Below, piece after piece: positions 48,785 through 58,642 of a DNA stretch of 64,000 nt (within the stretch, counting starts at the first letter, position 1; each line of letters starts with the position of its first letter). Source of the stretch: an uncultured Bryobacteraceae bacterium (GTDB lineage Bacteria; Acidobacteriota; Terriglobia; Bryobacterales; Bryobacteraceae); contig CAXTWH010000021.1 of assembly GCA_964247975.1 (NCBI GenBank), forward strand, positions 20,316-84,315, written 5' to 3'. The position numbers and the translations under genes are program-made. The notes under the pieces are model-generated. The model saw only the letters and a program-made list of their open reading frames with translations, was not told the origin of the DNA and did not search any database.

Positions 48785-49063
48785 TCGGAGCCTGAGGAAC
48801 TCAATGAAAAAATCCGGTAAATCGTTGACTTTTATAATACTTACTTAGATCGCACCGGTCCGCTTTCTGCCTCGATTGCCACGCTTCCTTCCGTGCCTCT
48901 GAAATCCCATGTTCCGGCAAGATGTGCACAAGGCGGCAGCCCAGCCTGAAATAATTTCGGGTTCAAATCGTGAGATTCGAGGGTGGTGCAAAACACTAAG
49001 TTGCTTGAGTTGAATTTTTTAGAGTATAAGTCGTATACTCACTTTATTTTGGTAGAGGTAATC

Positions 49064-49774
49064 GTGATCTTTTCCAGGATGTCTCTTGCTGTGCTGCTTT
49101 CTCTGTCGGCAATACCGCAATTGGTGAAAGCCGACGCGGTACAGCAGGGCACCTATATAATTGCCGCAAAGTTTTCAGACGGCGTGGGAACGAGTGACGC
49201 CGGAAGCTATACCTTTAGCGGCGGTTTGACGCGCGGAACCTCTGTGTTCAATGGAAGGTCAGAAGGGGCGTTCACCGCGTCAACTACTTCCTTCAGCTTT
49301 CAGGGCTCGGTTATAAACGGGAATTACGGCCCTGAAACCATCGTCTCCCAAGATGTGCTCAACAACCCGAGTACTACCACGTACAGCTACCCGGGCGGGA
49401 CCAAAGGGATGGCAACGCCTCCCCTGACGCTTGAGTTATGGCTGCCATCCTTTGCCTTGGATGGAACAGGCGCGCTCTACGTCCTAACCGGCTCCGATTC
49501 TCTCAACCTTAAAGTGACGAACACCGAAGCCGACGCGGAGACAACCAGCAAGTATTTGGCTTCGGGCACTGATATCGACCCGGGCACCAGCGAGCCGATC
49601 CAGTGGTCAATCTCGGGTACCCTGTCTGAGCCCGGCACGGTGAACAATAACGCAACGTTTGTAGTCACCGAGGTCGTCAGCCCGGAACCTGAGAGCTTCG
49701 GGTTGGCCCTGACCGGCGCGGCGGGAATATTCGGCACCCTCGTCAGACGCCGTCGACCGGGAAGGGTATTCTAA
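49064..49774 (+). CDS. PEP-CTERM sorting-domain surface protein
   Basis: Signal peptide; Ser/Thr/Gly-rich body; C-terminal SPEPESFGL + hydrophobic helix + RRRR. GTG start after GAGG. Confidence 0.85.
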   Translation: MIFSRMSLAVLLSLSAIPQLVKADAVQQGTYIIAAKFSDGVGTSDAGSYTFSGGLTRGTSVFNGRSEGAFTASTTSFSFQGSVINGNYGPETIVSQDVLNNPSTTTYSYPGGTKGMATPPLTLELWLPSFALDGTGALYVLTGSDSLNLKVTNTEADAETTSKYLASGTDIDPGTSEPIQWSISGTLSEPGTVNNNATFVVTEVVSPEPESFGLALTGAAGIFGTLVRRRRPGRVF

Positions 49775-49887
49775 ATCCGCGACCAAGTCCGAAGCGAGGC
49801 GAAACGATGTCGGAATAGCTTTGACTCGCCATCCCCCAAGGAAAGTCCGGCTATTCTGCGCCAGTTAAGAACGCAGGCTTATGATCA

Positions 49888-50582
49888 TCAGGCCGATTCG
49901 AAATAGTCGGAATCCAACCGTTTGATCATGAAAGTTTGAGTAACAGTTACTCCGACGTTGTACTCAATCATCAGGTTGGCTAGCCTAGCTCCATCGATCA
50001 GGACAATCTTCTTTTCAATTCTTTGCACGTAATCAACTGCATCAGCAGTAAAGGTCGAGGTGGTAATGAACACACCCTTTCGGGCGCGCACGCCCTCAAG
50101 ACTCCCGGCGAATGCCTGCACTAACGGCCTGCCGACCGAGTTGTTCCATCGCTTCGCCTGAATATAAACAACATCCAGCCCCAGTTTGTCTTCCTTGATA
50201 ATCCCGTCAATCCCATCGTCACCGCTTCGACCAACCGCTCGCCCTGCATCTGCAGTCGATTCTCCGTAGCCCATGGCCACAAGCAGATCAACCACAAGCT
50301 CCTCGAAAAACTGAGGCGTAGATTTTTTCACCGCGTCTAACACCTCATTAGCTAGTGTGCCCCTCAGAACTTGATAAGCGTTTAACAAGTTTTCTTCTGG
50401 TGTACGATCTGGACTGCCTGCTGGGGGAGAATCAATCTTTTCTTCTGTGGCGTCGGTCCGACTGGTCGAACCTTTGTCAAAAGCAACAAACTCCGGAAAA
50501 GCATTCAAGGCTGTTTTCTTGAATCCGGCAGGATGCTTCGCTAATAATTGTTCTCCGCGCTCAGTGATTTGAAACACACCTC
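49888..50582 (-). pseudogene. mrr: Mrr-family type IV restriction endonuclease, 5'-truncated
   Basis: RGVFQITERG (end of Mrr_N), TPEE, FFEELVVDLLVAMGYG, GDDGIDGII, YIQAKRW, KGVFITTSTFT. Roughly the first 60-70 residues of the N-terminal domain are missing. Confidence 0.85.
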
Positions 50583-51104
50583 TAGGATCCGGTGCAACTC
50601 TTGCAGCCATCCGTTTTGCATGTCTTCATTCAAATGAGTAAATACCGAAATGCAATAAACAACATCAAAGGCCGCATTCGAATACGGCAAAGGCGGCATG
50701 GCCGGAGTCGTGGCGAACGTCATAGATGAAAGATGACTTCGGCACCAGTTCACTCCCTCAGCATCGATGTCGCAGCCATGCAACTGCCATTGCTGATTGT
50801 TTCTCAACCAGCGTATTGTTCGCCCGCAGCCACATCCAAAATCCAGCACCGAAATTTGGCAGCGTCCGTTGAGAGAGTAGGCATTTAAAATATGCATAAG
50901 ATGCCGTGTGCAGCCCTCGCCCACTCTCAGAAAATCCGCAGCCGCAATGGTTTCGCTCACTTTAAAACGAAGCAGGGCCGGAGGCAAAGAGATGTCGGAC
51001 CTTTTTGCTGAAAGACGATAATCTTCAATCCGGCATCGAACTTTGATCGCCGACCTGTACAGCGGATAATAGAATGTTTTAGCAAAGTCCTTGAAAGTAC
51101 TCAC
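50583..51104 (-). pseudogene. N-terminal part of a class I SAM-dependent methyltransferase
   Basis: VLDFGCGCGR motif I, GCDID, FDVVYCISVFTHL, WLQELHRIL, then reads off into out-of-frame mrr sequence. Confidence 0.85.
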
Positions 51105-51202
51105 TGGGGCACACTCATCCTCATCAAAGTATGCACCACATAACATTAAAATGAAAGAAATCTCAATTCCAGGAAACGCCGCAACCACTTAATTCACCAT
51201 TC

Positions 51203-54200
51203 TTAAAAGCTGAACTTGCCCATCACCACCAGCACGCGCCCGGAAACAATAGCGCCTTGTCCGGTGCCGTAGATGCTGGTTGGTGTGCTCACGGTGCTGG
51301 TGATCAAGCCCAATGAACCAGAACCCGCGTTGTTGTTCGGCACTGCGAAGTTTGGATGGTTCAGAAGGTTGTAAGCGCTGGCGCCAAATTCGAAAGCAGC
51401 ACGTTCGGTAACCGGGATACGCTTGGTTAATTGACTGTCTATGTCGAAGAATCCTGGGCCGCGAAAGCTGTTCGGCGGGATGTTGCCGAAATTGGTCTGC
51501 GCAGCCGTAGTCCCGCCGCGCGTGGATGCAAACTGAGAGTTCGTGAGGCAGCGCGTGTTCACACTGGAGCATCCGGTACCCAGCGCTGAAGAATCCAGCA
51601 AATCAGCCAGCACGGTCGCGTTTGCGCCGAAGTTGGTTGATAGCAGACCGGGAATTTGCGTATTGATGACCGAGAAGGGACGGCCGCTGTACAGGTAGAG
51701 CTTAGTGCCGAGTGTCCAGCCGCCTGCGATCCACGACAAAGAGCGATGGTGAAACTTTGACGGACTGTTCCACACAACATCACCCGTCAACACATGGCGC
51801 GTATCGAAACTGGTATTGCCATAACCGAAGCTGGGATTGTATGGGTTCAGCACGACCGGCGCGGTTGGCGTGTTGCCGGGATCGAGCTGCAGCGCATGGC
51901 TCCAGGTGTAGCTGATTTCGCCTTGAAAATTGTGACTGAAGCCATGCCGGAATTCCAGCGATAAACCATCGTAGTTGGAGCGGCCGAAGTCGACCAATTC
52001 GGAAATGCTGGAAAATCGCGGATCTGGCACGGCTGCGAGAACGCCGGCAAAGCCGTTTGGATATCTGGTTGGATTTGACAGGAAAATATTAGCCGCCGGA
52101 TTCGTGATGGTCTCGTCGTAGCCGTGATTTCCCGAGTAAGTCGCAGACACCACGTTGTGGGCATCGAGAGAATGCTCAATCTCAAAACTCCATTCGAGAA
52201 CCTTGGGGCTATGGAAAGTATCCGGCGTTTGGTAAAACGCAGGCGGGGCGAAACGCACGCGGCCCAGCGCCGTTTGCAGTTGGGTAAGCGTATAGCCCTG
52301 GCCAAAGCCGGCCTGAAAAGCAGCATTGGAAGCGAGGGCGGCAGCTTGCGAACTGTTCGGATCGTTTGCCAACGCCACGTCGCCGAGAGTGACGTTGGGA
52401 GTGAACTTGTTAGGCGCATTACCGAACACATTAGCGGCTAGATTCCCCGCAAACGTGTTGGCAAACAAACCGATGCCTCCGCGAAACACTGTTTTGTCGC
52501 GCCCGAAGGGAGTGTATACAATGCCGACGCGCGGTTCGGTAATAACGCCCTCCAGATGCGGAAAGGCGTTGTGCAACCCGGTCTTGATGGTGGCGTTGTA
52601 CGGAATAGCGGCGCCGCCCTGGTAATTGGGTCCAAGAAAGGGTGCGTTGAAACGCGAGAAACAGTTGTCAACACAGGCTGGATTTTCATTTTGCTCAAAG
52701 CGAATCCCGTAAGTGAGCTTCAAGTTCGGACGCGCACTCCACTCGTCCTGAACATAATAGTTCAATGAATAAAGCCGGATGTGGGCGTGTTGGAGAAGCA
52801 GGAAAGACTGCGCGAATCTGCTTCCCGTTGCCGGGTTAATAACGCCGTTGGCGAAATCGGATAGACTGGCAAACGTGTAGGTGCCGATCTGCGAACCGCC
52901 CGAGATGTTGCTGTCGGTAACGCGATTGTGCCGGAAGTTGATTCCGAACTGCACGGCATGTTTGCCGTGCGTCCACGACACATCATCGATGAACTGCAAT
53001 TGAGATCCGGCCCGGCTAACAGGCAGGGCAGCGCCCAACCCGGCGAAACCTGCATTTGTGCTGGTCGCGCTTCCGTTAGCTCCGCTGTCGTTGAAGGTGA
53101 AGATGGCAGGCAGCAGGAATTGCGCTTTGGCGAAATCGGAAACGCCGAAAACCGCTGAATACCAGTTCGTGCTTGCAACGAAATTATTCACCAGGTTTGG
53201 GGTGAACACATAAGAATGGTTGATCTGTCCGATGATTCAGGGCTGGTCGCTTTCGGTATTGAAGACTGGGCTGATCGGACTCGTGCTGCTGGCTTGGATG
53301 CCCCAGTCATCGCTGAAACGCATATAAGGCGCTGCTTCTCGCTGATTGTGTGGTCAAGCCGCGCGGAAACATAGCTTTCGGTGTTCAGGCTGGAAGCGTT
53401 GGTCCCGAACGCAACTGCGCACGGCACTTGCTGGCCGAATTGAGAACCGCTGCTGCCGTTCACATAAGTACCCGCAAAACCCTGGCTGCCGCAGCCCAAT
53501 GTGCCGTTTCCATCCTGGAGCGCACCGGTTCCATTAGTGACCGGTACGGCGCGACTGACACCGATCGCGTTGTTATACAGATTGAACGCCTGCTAATAAA
53601 CCGGCAATGCGCCAGACGGCGCATGAGCCGTAATGTATTGTTCGAGTTGAGGCGAGGGCAGCGAAACAACGCCCGTAGACGGCAGGGCGTAGCGGAGACC
53701 TTCGGCATTGACGAAGAAAAAACGTTTTGTCTTTACGAATGGGGCCGCCCAGCGAAGCCGCATATGGATTGGCAACGGAGCGTCCGCGCGGTGTGCCGGT
53801 CGCGTTCTTAAAAAAGTCGTTGGCGTTCAGAATCGTATCGTTGTAGCTTTCGGACAGGTTTCCGTGAAACAGATTCGTTCCGGACTTCGAAATAAAGTTC
53901 ACCTGCGCGCCGGCCATGCGTCCGTACTGCGCGCTGTGGCGTTTAGCACCACGGTAGCTTCCGCCACGTCGTTCGCGCCCAGGGTGTTGTTGCTGGCCCC
54001 TGACTTGTTGTTGTTGGTATAAGGCTCCGTAATGTCAGCGCCGTTCAACGTAAACAGAGTTCCGCTGAATGGGAATTCCATTCACATTGAAATTCCCGTT
54101 GCCGCCGCCTACATTCAAGCGGACACCTGGCACCGTAAACGCAACATTGGTGATGTCGCCGCCGTTCATCGGCAGGTTCTGCACCTGATACTCGCTGAAC

Positions 54201-54613
54201 GAGGCAGACTGGTTTGCGTTTTCCGTATCCAGCACCGAAGCAGCGGCGAGAACTTCAACCGATTGCGTGGTGTTCTCCACTTTCAAAGTCAAATTAACCG
54301 ATTGCTGCTGCCCGACCAGCAAAGAAAAGCAGGCGATTTCAGAACGCAGCGTTGAAGCTTCCGCCGAAATCTGGTAATCGCCAAGCTTGAGCAGCGAAAA
54401 GCGGTACTGGCCCGACTCATTGGTCTTGGTAATTAAAGGTTTACTGGCGTTGGCAGGATGAAGCACAACGCTACACCCCGGAGCCGCTGCTCCGCTCTGG
54501 TTAGATACGAAACCGATAACATCGCCTGTCGTGATGGTCTGGGCATGAAGCCCCATGCCGCAGGCAAGAACGAACAGCAGAAACAGATATGGCAGTCGAA
54601 AGGCAGTTGTCAT
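51203..54613 (-). pseudogene. TonB-dependent receptor broken by four frameshifts and two premature stops
   Basis: Track ORFs 54035..54613, 53899..54081, 53573..53917, 53593..53775, 53188..53499 and 51203..53209 tile one receptor (signal peptide, carboxypeptidase domain, SKSGTNLFHG, LTYGIRFE, EPRVG, terminal GKFSF). Confidence 0.9.
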
Positions 54614-54737
54614 GAGATCCGGTAGTTTCTAGCACGATCGGCAGGCAAGAACGGATAAAGCTGACTCAAGAAACTACATATTGTCTATCGACAATTTTGA
54701 ATGTAGATCGATCCGTCAATCAGCAGAATTAACAAAG

Positions 54738-56354
54738 CTAATTAGTTCCGTACCGCTGTTGAGCCAATTGATTGAAAAAGCTGTCGGGATGCCACGCGGG
54801 AGCAGATGGGGCGTTGGCAACGCGTTCGGCCAGGGCGAGCAGGATGACATCGAACTGTGCGGCGGCGGCGGGGTCGACAGGCTGTGAAGTATCGTCGCTT
54901 ACCGCGTGATAGCGCACCTTAAACCACTCATGGTAGAGCTTGTCTTCGGGCGTTCCTGGAACGAATCCGAACTTGAAAGCTAAGCTCGGTGAACCGAGCC
55001 GAATAAAGCTGTACTGGTCGCTGCGAATAAATCGATTTCGATCCGGTTCTTTATCCGCCTGGACTTCTACGCCGCGTGCGCGGGCAATGGCGCGAACATC
55101 ATCGCCCAGGGTGGATTCCGCCAGTCCCTGCACTTCAAGGTATTTAAGCGGGAATAGCGGCAGATACATGTCCATATTGATGTCTGCGACGACATGGCCA
55201 TTCGCCGGAAAATGCGATGCGAGATAGTGCGAGCCCAACATGCCTTCTTCCTCGCCCGTAAAAACCAGGAAAACGAGGGAACGTTTGATGGCGGGGCGCT
55301 CGCGCCCCAAAGCGCGCGCAATTTCAATGAGTGAAGCAATACCGCTGGCGTTGTCCATAGCGCCATTAAAGATCGAATCGCCATTCACCGGTTTGCCGAC
55401 TCCGAGATGATCCAAATGCGCCGATAAGCCAATGAACTCGGTTTTGAGTTTGGAATCGGAACCCGGCCAAATGCCGACTACATTTTGCGATTTGAGGCGC
55501 GTGCGTTGAATGGAGCTTTCTGCCCGGAGGCGGAGCGGAATCTCGAAGTGCGGCACAGGACGGTCAGCGTCCGCTGCGGCCAGAATATCCGCAAACGTAT
55601 GGCCGGATCCGGCGAGAAGATCGTCTATTTTCCCTGGGTTCCAATGCGCCGAAAAACGCTCGCCCGGCGTGTAGTCGAGCGTGGGATCTGCCAGCACCAG
55701 GTGAGGCGTGAAGCGGTTAGCCGCTTGGCGCGCCCAAGGCACATCCATCGCTTTCGGGTTGGCAATGCTGATTTCTCCAATGGCGCCTGCGCGTGCCAAT
55801 GCGGACCATCGAACATCGGCCGAGGCGTAGTAGGAACGCAGGTTGCCCGGCATTGTTTTAGGCCCACCACTGAGGAACACTGCAATTTTGCCTTTCAAAT
55901 TGATGTCGGCCAAATCGTCATGCCCGACCGTGGGCGCGCTTAATCCGTAGCCGATAAAGGCAAGCGACGCTTCAACCTTTCCGCCGGACGATCTTGCCAG
56001 ACCAATAATTGCTTCGTCCCCCAGTTTGATGTCGTGCGTACCGGCGGCGCCAACCAACTCGATTCTGCTTTTACCCTCATCGAGCGTCAATCGTTCAAGG
56101 GCGACCGATTGAGAGAAACCGCCATTGTTGGGCGGTTGCAAGCCAGCTTTCTGGAACTGGTCAATGACGTACTGTGCCGAACTGTCGAACTCCGGAGAAC
56201 CGGTGAAGCGGCCTTTGCGAGCATCATCAGCAAGCCACTGCACATGCGCCCACCAAGCATCGCCAGCGCGCTTCCAGTCAATAGCGGTATCAGCGCCGGA
56301 CAGAATGACGCAACCCAACATCACGATCGCCAAGCGCGGGAGAAAAGATCGCAT
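54738..56354 (-). CDS. M28-family metallopeptidase with PA domain
   Basis: Signal peptide; LSAHLDHLG, NGAMDNASG, FTGEEEGMLGS, INMDM, RSDQYSF, YHAVSD. Confidence 0.9.
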   Translation of the reverse strand: MRSFLPRLAIVMLGCVILSGADTAIDWKRAGDAWWAHVQWLADDARKGRFTGSPEFDSSAQYVIDQFQKAGLQPPNNGGFSQSVALERLTLDEGKSRIELVGAAGTHDIKLGDEAIIGLARSSGGKVEASLAFIGYGLSAPTVGHDDLADINLKGKIAVFLSGGPKTMPGNLRSYYASADVRWSALARAGAIGEISIANPKAMDVPWARQAANRFTPHLVLADPTLDYTPGERFSAHWNPGKIDDLLAGSGHTFADILAAADADRPVPHFEIPLRLRAESSIQRTRLKSQNVVGIWPGSDSKLKTEFIGLSAHLDHLGVGKPVNGDSIFNGAMDNASGIASLIEIARALGRERPAIKRSLVFLVFTGEEEGMLGSHYLASHFPANGHVVADINMDMYLPLFPLKYLEVQGLAESTLGDDVRAIARARGVEVQADKEPDRNRFIRSDQYSFIRLGSPSLAFKFGFVPGTPEDKLYHEWFKVRYHAVSDDTSQPVDPAAAAQFDVILLALAERVANAPSAPAWHPDSFFNQLAQQRYGTN

Positions 56355-56540
56355 GGCTCGATAGTACTAAATACAATCGACAATATAGTGATTGTGGAAA
56401 CAGTGTGGGCTGCGAACGCAAGGGCTTTGAATTCATACTTGCCGTTCACTCATTAAGATGCAAAAGTTGCAGAACAACTGATTGCAAACGCTTGTTTGCA
56501 TTGCCTGATGCGATGGCTTGCTCTCAGTCGGACCAGACTT

Positions 56541-56736
56541 ATGGCCAAACGCACCTTTTAATCGCCAAAGACTCGATCCCCGTTTCCGCGACCAGCGCTG
56601 GCTTCTCGATGCTGTTATCAAAATCCTCGGGCCCGAGTTTGACCAGAGCCGCCTGCAATATCTGAGCGCGCCCATGACTTCCGACCACAAGGGCACGGTC
56701 ATGGGACTGCAAAATCTGATCAAGCGATCTCCGTAG
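56541..56736 (+). pseudogene. Truncated N-terminal gene fragment, possibly of an alpha/beta hydrolase
   Basis: ATG 56541 MAKRTF then a frameshift in TTTT (56556-56559) into NRQRLDPRFRDQRWLLDAVIKILGPEFDQSRLQYLSAP...; stops after about 64 codons. Family recalled from memory only. Confidence 0.4.
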
Positions 56737-56794
56737 TTGATTTTCCGCAAGAATCTTAATTGATTAAAACTGGTTTGCCGTTCATCAGCCCAAA

Positions 56795-58642
56795 CTATTG
56801 TTGCTGCCAAACACGAACGTAAGCGATTTGCCAATCCCAACCATGCGGTATGCCGCCCTGGTCGGTGATGGCCGATAAATCGTTGAACTTCGCGCCGGTT
56901 TGATTGCTGATCAGAAGCTGCATCGGCGGCGCGCTGGTCGGCCAGGTGTAGCCGCGCTCGCGATACAGAATGCCGTCCAGATACACTTCTGTATGGTCAG
57001 GATACAACCGCACGCTGTAAAGGTGCCAATCCGCTGTTAGATCCGCATATGTAGTGGCATACCAGCCGGAGCCGCTGAATGTTGCCACGGTTGTTGTCGG
57101 CAGCAGTGCGCCTCCGGGAGTAATGGGCAAATCGCACACGCTCTGGTTCTGCGACGCGCAGAGCGGCGACGCATACGCCGCGTCATCGTTGTTAGTCGGG
57201 TCTCCCATAATAAGGTAATGGCCCGGCTTCGTGTTGTTAAACCCGAACTCATCAAAGATGTCGATCTCCGGCGGCCACGTAGCCGATAAAATTTTTCCCG
57301 GGCTGCCGCCGGCATTTCGCGGCGCTTGTTGTCCCGGATTCAGCCAGAACGCCGGCCACCCGTACATCCCCTTCGGCAGAATGGATTTCATTTCCACCAC
57401 AATCGGATTGCTGGCCGTGGGTCGAAACGAAGTAATGAAGCGCAACATGCCGCCGCCGATGTTCGCATCAGCGCAGTTGCTTGCGTTACTGTCTTCCAGG
57501 CCGCAGTTGGCTTTCAAGGTGATGTGGTCTGTACCCAGAACGTGCCGATCCCAGGGCGAGCCCGGTGCGCAATGAAGAAATCGGCTGCGGAAATTGCCAT
57601 ACAATCCATCAGCACCGTTGCCCACAGGTCCTTCGCAATAGTTTGGTGTCCCGGACTGATACGGATAAGCCGGGTCCGTATCAGCCGGACCATATTCAAA
57701 CCAGTAATAGGCAAGACCATCAAGATCGGAGCGGCTTTTAACCGTGGCGTCCGCAATCGCAGTGCCGAACGTAGCGTCAATCAGCGTTGTGAAATGGCCG
57801 CTCATCCCGGTGGGCATGTGAGCAGGCGGTTTCACCCCGCAGTTCACAATGGCCGTCGCTGTTTTCACCACTCCTGGAACTGGGTCCAGTCCGCAGTTTG
57901 TGTTGCTAAAAGTGACTGAGCAGTTCGTTTTCCCGGCGCACGCTGAGTTCACATAATTCTGGCAGGACGTGCCGGTTCCCGGCGCTTGGTAAGCGGCGTC
58001 GGTAATGGTTAATGGGCCGGAACTGCAGCTCATCGTGTACGTGCTTCCTTCCTGGCCTGCTCCGTAATAACAGATAGAGCCCGCCGGACAGGTTTGCCCA
58101 AACGGCAAAACCACGGGCGCCACAGCGGGCGGCGCAGACCCGGAAAAGTTCGGAATTTTGAACTGCTCGTTGGCGTCGGTATTACACCCGTAGATAATCA
58201 AGTTGCCGCCATTTTGAGTACTGGCGCCTGAAACATTCAAACATCCGCCTGTCGCGTTAACGACCTGATAGGTGCTGACGCCCAGCAGCACCAGCTTCCA
58301 CTTCTGGGTAGTTGCGCTGCTGCAAGTGTTCTGAATCACCTGCCATCCATTCGCGCCGATATCCAAGCAAAGGCCGCTGTTGCCGGTTTGTAGGGCGTAA
58401 CTGCCGTCTGTTTGCTGAATAAAGCTGAAGCGTTGATTCGTTTGCGGCAAACAACTCCACTGCTCAATCGTCGTGCCGGGTTGGTTGGACCCGCCCGGCA
58501 CATCGACGCACAACCCGCTGTTCTGCGGCATGATTGCCGACAACGATGTTTGTGCTTTAGCAGGCTGCGAAGCAATCAATAAAACCACGATAACGGACCC
58601 GCCAGCGATCCAACGCGAGATTTTTCTGAAGTTTACTTTCAT
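56795..58642 (-). CDS. Secreted multidomain protein: ricin-B lectin + SUEL-type lectin + GH16-like domain
   Basis: AAGGAG RBS and signal peptide; three SGLCxD / QxW-like ricin repeats; C...AAY...C...C.GK..C...DP.PG..K SUEL pattern; GWPAFWL and WPPEIDIFDE; WHLYSV, VYLDG. Confidence 0.8.
   Translation of the reverse strand: MKVNFRKISRWIAGGSVIVVLLIASQPAKAQTSLSAIMPQNSGLCVDVPGGSNQPGTTIEQWSCLPQTNQRFSFIQQTDGSYALQTGNSGLCLDIGANGWQVIQNTCSSATTQKWKLVLLGVSTYQVVNATGGCLNVSGASTQNGGNLIIYGCNTDANEQFKIPNFSGSAPPAVAPVVLPFGQTCPAGSICYYGAGQEGSTYTMSCSSGPLTITDAAYQAPGTGTSCQNYVNSACAGKTNCSVTFSNTNCGLDPVPGVVKTATAIVNCGVKPPAHMPTGMSGHFTTLIDATFGTAIADATVKSRSDLDGLAYYWFEYGPADTDPAYPYQSGTPNYCEGPVGNGADGLYGNFRSRFLHCAPGSPWDRHVLGTDHITLKANCGLEDSNASNCADANIGGGMLRFITSFRPTASNPIVVEMKSILPKGMYGWPAFWLNPGQQAPRNAGGSPGKILSATWPPEIDIFDEFGFNNTKPGHYLIMGDPTNNDDAAYASPLCASQNQSVCDLPITPGGALLPTTTVATFSGSGWYATTYADLTADWHLYSVRLYPDHTEVYLDGILYRERGYTWPTSAPPMQLLISNQTGAKFNDLSAITDQGGIPHGWDWQIAYVRVWQQQ

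Larger units (their letters stand above)
48785..50582. other. 1,798-bp insert inside the methyltransferase gene
   Basis: Removing it joins CGG ATC CTA to AAA CCC CAT in frame. No transposase and no clear terminal repeats. Confidence 0.65.

Noticed and set aside
48950-48990. GGGTTCAAATC resembling a tRNA T-loop or att site
   Set aside because: The T-stem does not pair fully and I see no acceptor stem, anticodon arm or CCA.
48785-50582. Insert as a circularly permuted element with the mrr 5' end at its other extremity
   Set aside because: The frame leading into the 48785 junction is closed by a TAA about 17 codons upstream and has no Mrr_N motifs.
50585-50590. BamHI/Sau3AI site at the methyltransferase-mrr junction as a cloning chimera
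   Set aside because: The other junction (48785) has no GATC, and both methyltransferase halves flank the insert in the right order, which random ligation would not produce. A mis-assembly is still possible.
53237-53239. In-frame TGA as selenocysteine
   Set aside because: The context (QP*IIGQINH in a beta-barrel receptor) fits Trp (TGG->TGA), not Cys, and it lies in a cluster of other lesions.
2489-53595. Amber (TAG) readthrough or recoding suggested by in-frame TAGs at 2489-2491 and 53593-53595
   Set aside because: TAG is the natural stop of icd (26516-26518), the ADOP permease (45179-45181) and the gene ending at 13141. Both cases are explained by CAG->TAG, and one sits among frameshifts.
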